Shown: piece after piece, positions 62,085 through 64,000 of the stretch
Position numbering within the stretch: the stretch's first letter is position 1
Layout: each line of letters opens with the position of its first letter
Assembly: GCF_009914755.1 (NCBI RefSeq)
Contig: NC_060933.1
Length of the DNA stretch: 64,000 nt
Source: the human T2T-CHM13v2.0 reference genome, Homo sapiens
Strand: one strand, 5' to 3'
Translations under genes and position numbers: made by a program
The notes under the pieces: generated by a model
Seen by the model: the letters and a program-made list of their open reading frames with translations, nothing else
What the model was told of the DNA's origin: nothing
The model's database searches: none

Positions 62085-62215
62085 AATGAAGTAAATAAAC
62101 ATTCCTTTTTTTTACTGGTCTGATGTGTGCAAGGCACTGTCCATGAAGGTAATTAGCATTAGGATTCTTTAGTTGCTAACTTAAGCAGAAAGGGAATTTA
62201 TTGGAAAGATACTGA

Positions 62216-62656
<441 letters not shown>

Positions 62657-63193
62657 TAACCCGATGCAATTTTCCAACCTTTCAATGCTCCCTCCCCTAA
62701 TGCTTCCACTTTACCTTCTACAATTTATAGTCTGTTGTCATGAAATAGAGACATAGTATTGAATATAAAATGTCTTTCACTTTCTTGCCCTACCTGGCTA
62801 TTCCTGGGAGCACTGTTTCCCTGTAATCCTCTTAAGTGATGATGTATTTTCACCCCACATCTTTACCACCCCTCTCCCATGTAGAACCATTTCTCCCATT
62901 TGCTGTGTTTGTTTCTCCTTACTCAAAAACTGTAGCTCCTCGGAAATACATGCTGTCAGACTACTATACTCTCCAGATGTGTACTAAACTCCTAGTTACA
63001 CCTTCTCATTAGTACCTGGGCTTGCTACCTTTCCACAGTTCCTGTCATCATACTTAGTAATTGCTACATACACATGGATAATCTGTCCAACATCTGACAT
63101 CTCATTGCCACCTCAGAAGTCTACCCTCATGGTCAGACCACAGACTTGCTCCTCACTGGTAACTGCTGTACTTACAAAGTTTTTAAAAGACTG

Positions 63194-63555
<362 letters not shown>

Positions 63556-63611
63556 TTAGCCCTTCTACTTTTTACTGTACTTCATTCATGTCTTGATTTC
63601 CCTGCTTTTCT

Positions 63612-63913
63612 ATTTTATTTTTATTTTTTTGAGACAAGAGTCTCTCCCTGTTGCCAGACTGGAGTACAATGGCATGATCTCAAAGCTCACTGCAACTTCC
63701 GCCTCCTGGGTTCAAGTGATCCTCCTGCTTCAGCCTCCCAAGTAGCTGGGATTACAGGCATATGCCACCACGCCTGGCTAATTTTATATTTTTAGTAGAG
63801 ATGGGTTTTCTCCATGTTGGTCAGGTTGCTCTCGAACTCCTGACCTTATGTGATCTGCCCACTTCGGCCTCCCAAAGTACTGGGATTATAGGCATGAGAC
63901 ACGGCGCCCAGCC
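63612..63913 (-). mobile_element. AluS
   Basis: Full Alu with TSD ttccctgcttttcta. Confidence 0.95.
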
Positions 63914-64000
63914 CTTCCCTGCTTTTCTAGTTTGGAGCCTATGTTTCATCAGTGTAACTGTTCTTTTGCATATACCCCAGCTCCCTTGTCCATCTTTCCC

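Overview
Primate, almost certainly human, genomic DNA; the two genes are recognised from their proteins as the ABHD17B / C9orf85 head-to-head pair (chr9q21 by recall, not shown by the sequence). The whole ABHD17B depalmitoylase gene lies on the minus strand. It has a non-coding GC-rich exon 1 (donor at 50984), a 35.5-kb intron 1 and three coding exons (15430-14964, 10612-10433, 7355-7136) that join into an 867-nt, 288-aa ORF with triad S170/D235/H264. An internal donor at 7148 can splice to a distal MIR-derived last exon at 2958, giving a 293-aa isoform ending VQKHKEGK. A CpG island and bidirectional promoter (~50690-52300) also drives C9orf85 on the plus strand; only its first coding exon (52085-52186) is in the window. 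The rest is intron with about 40 Alu elements, L1/L2/CR1/MIR relics, MER21 and MER4 LTRs, MER1A, MER30 and Tigger4-type DNA transposons, and a Y3 RNA retrocopy. The most notable unexplained signal is a 16-nt perfect (19-nt with one bulge) intronic element at 3391-3409 that is complementary to the alternative 5' splice site. It suggests a long-range RNA switch coupling poly(A) site choice to use of the MIR exon. Repeat boundaries and subfamily names are by eye and approximate. No prokaryotic-type systems are present.
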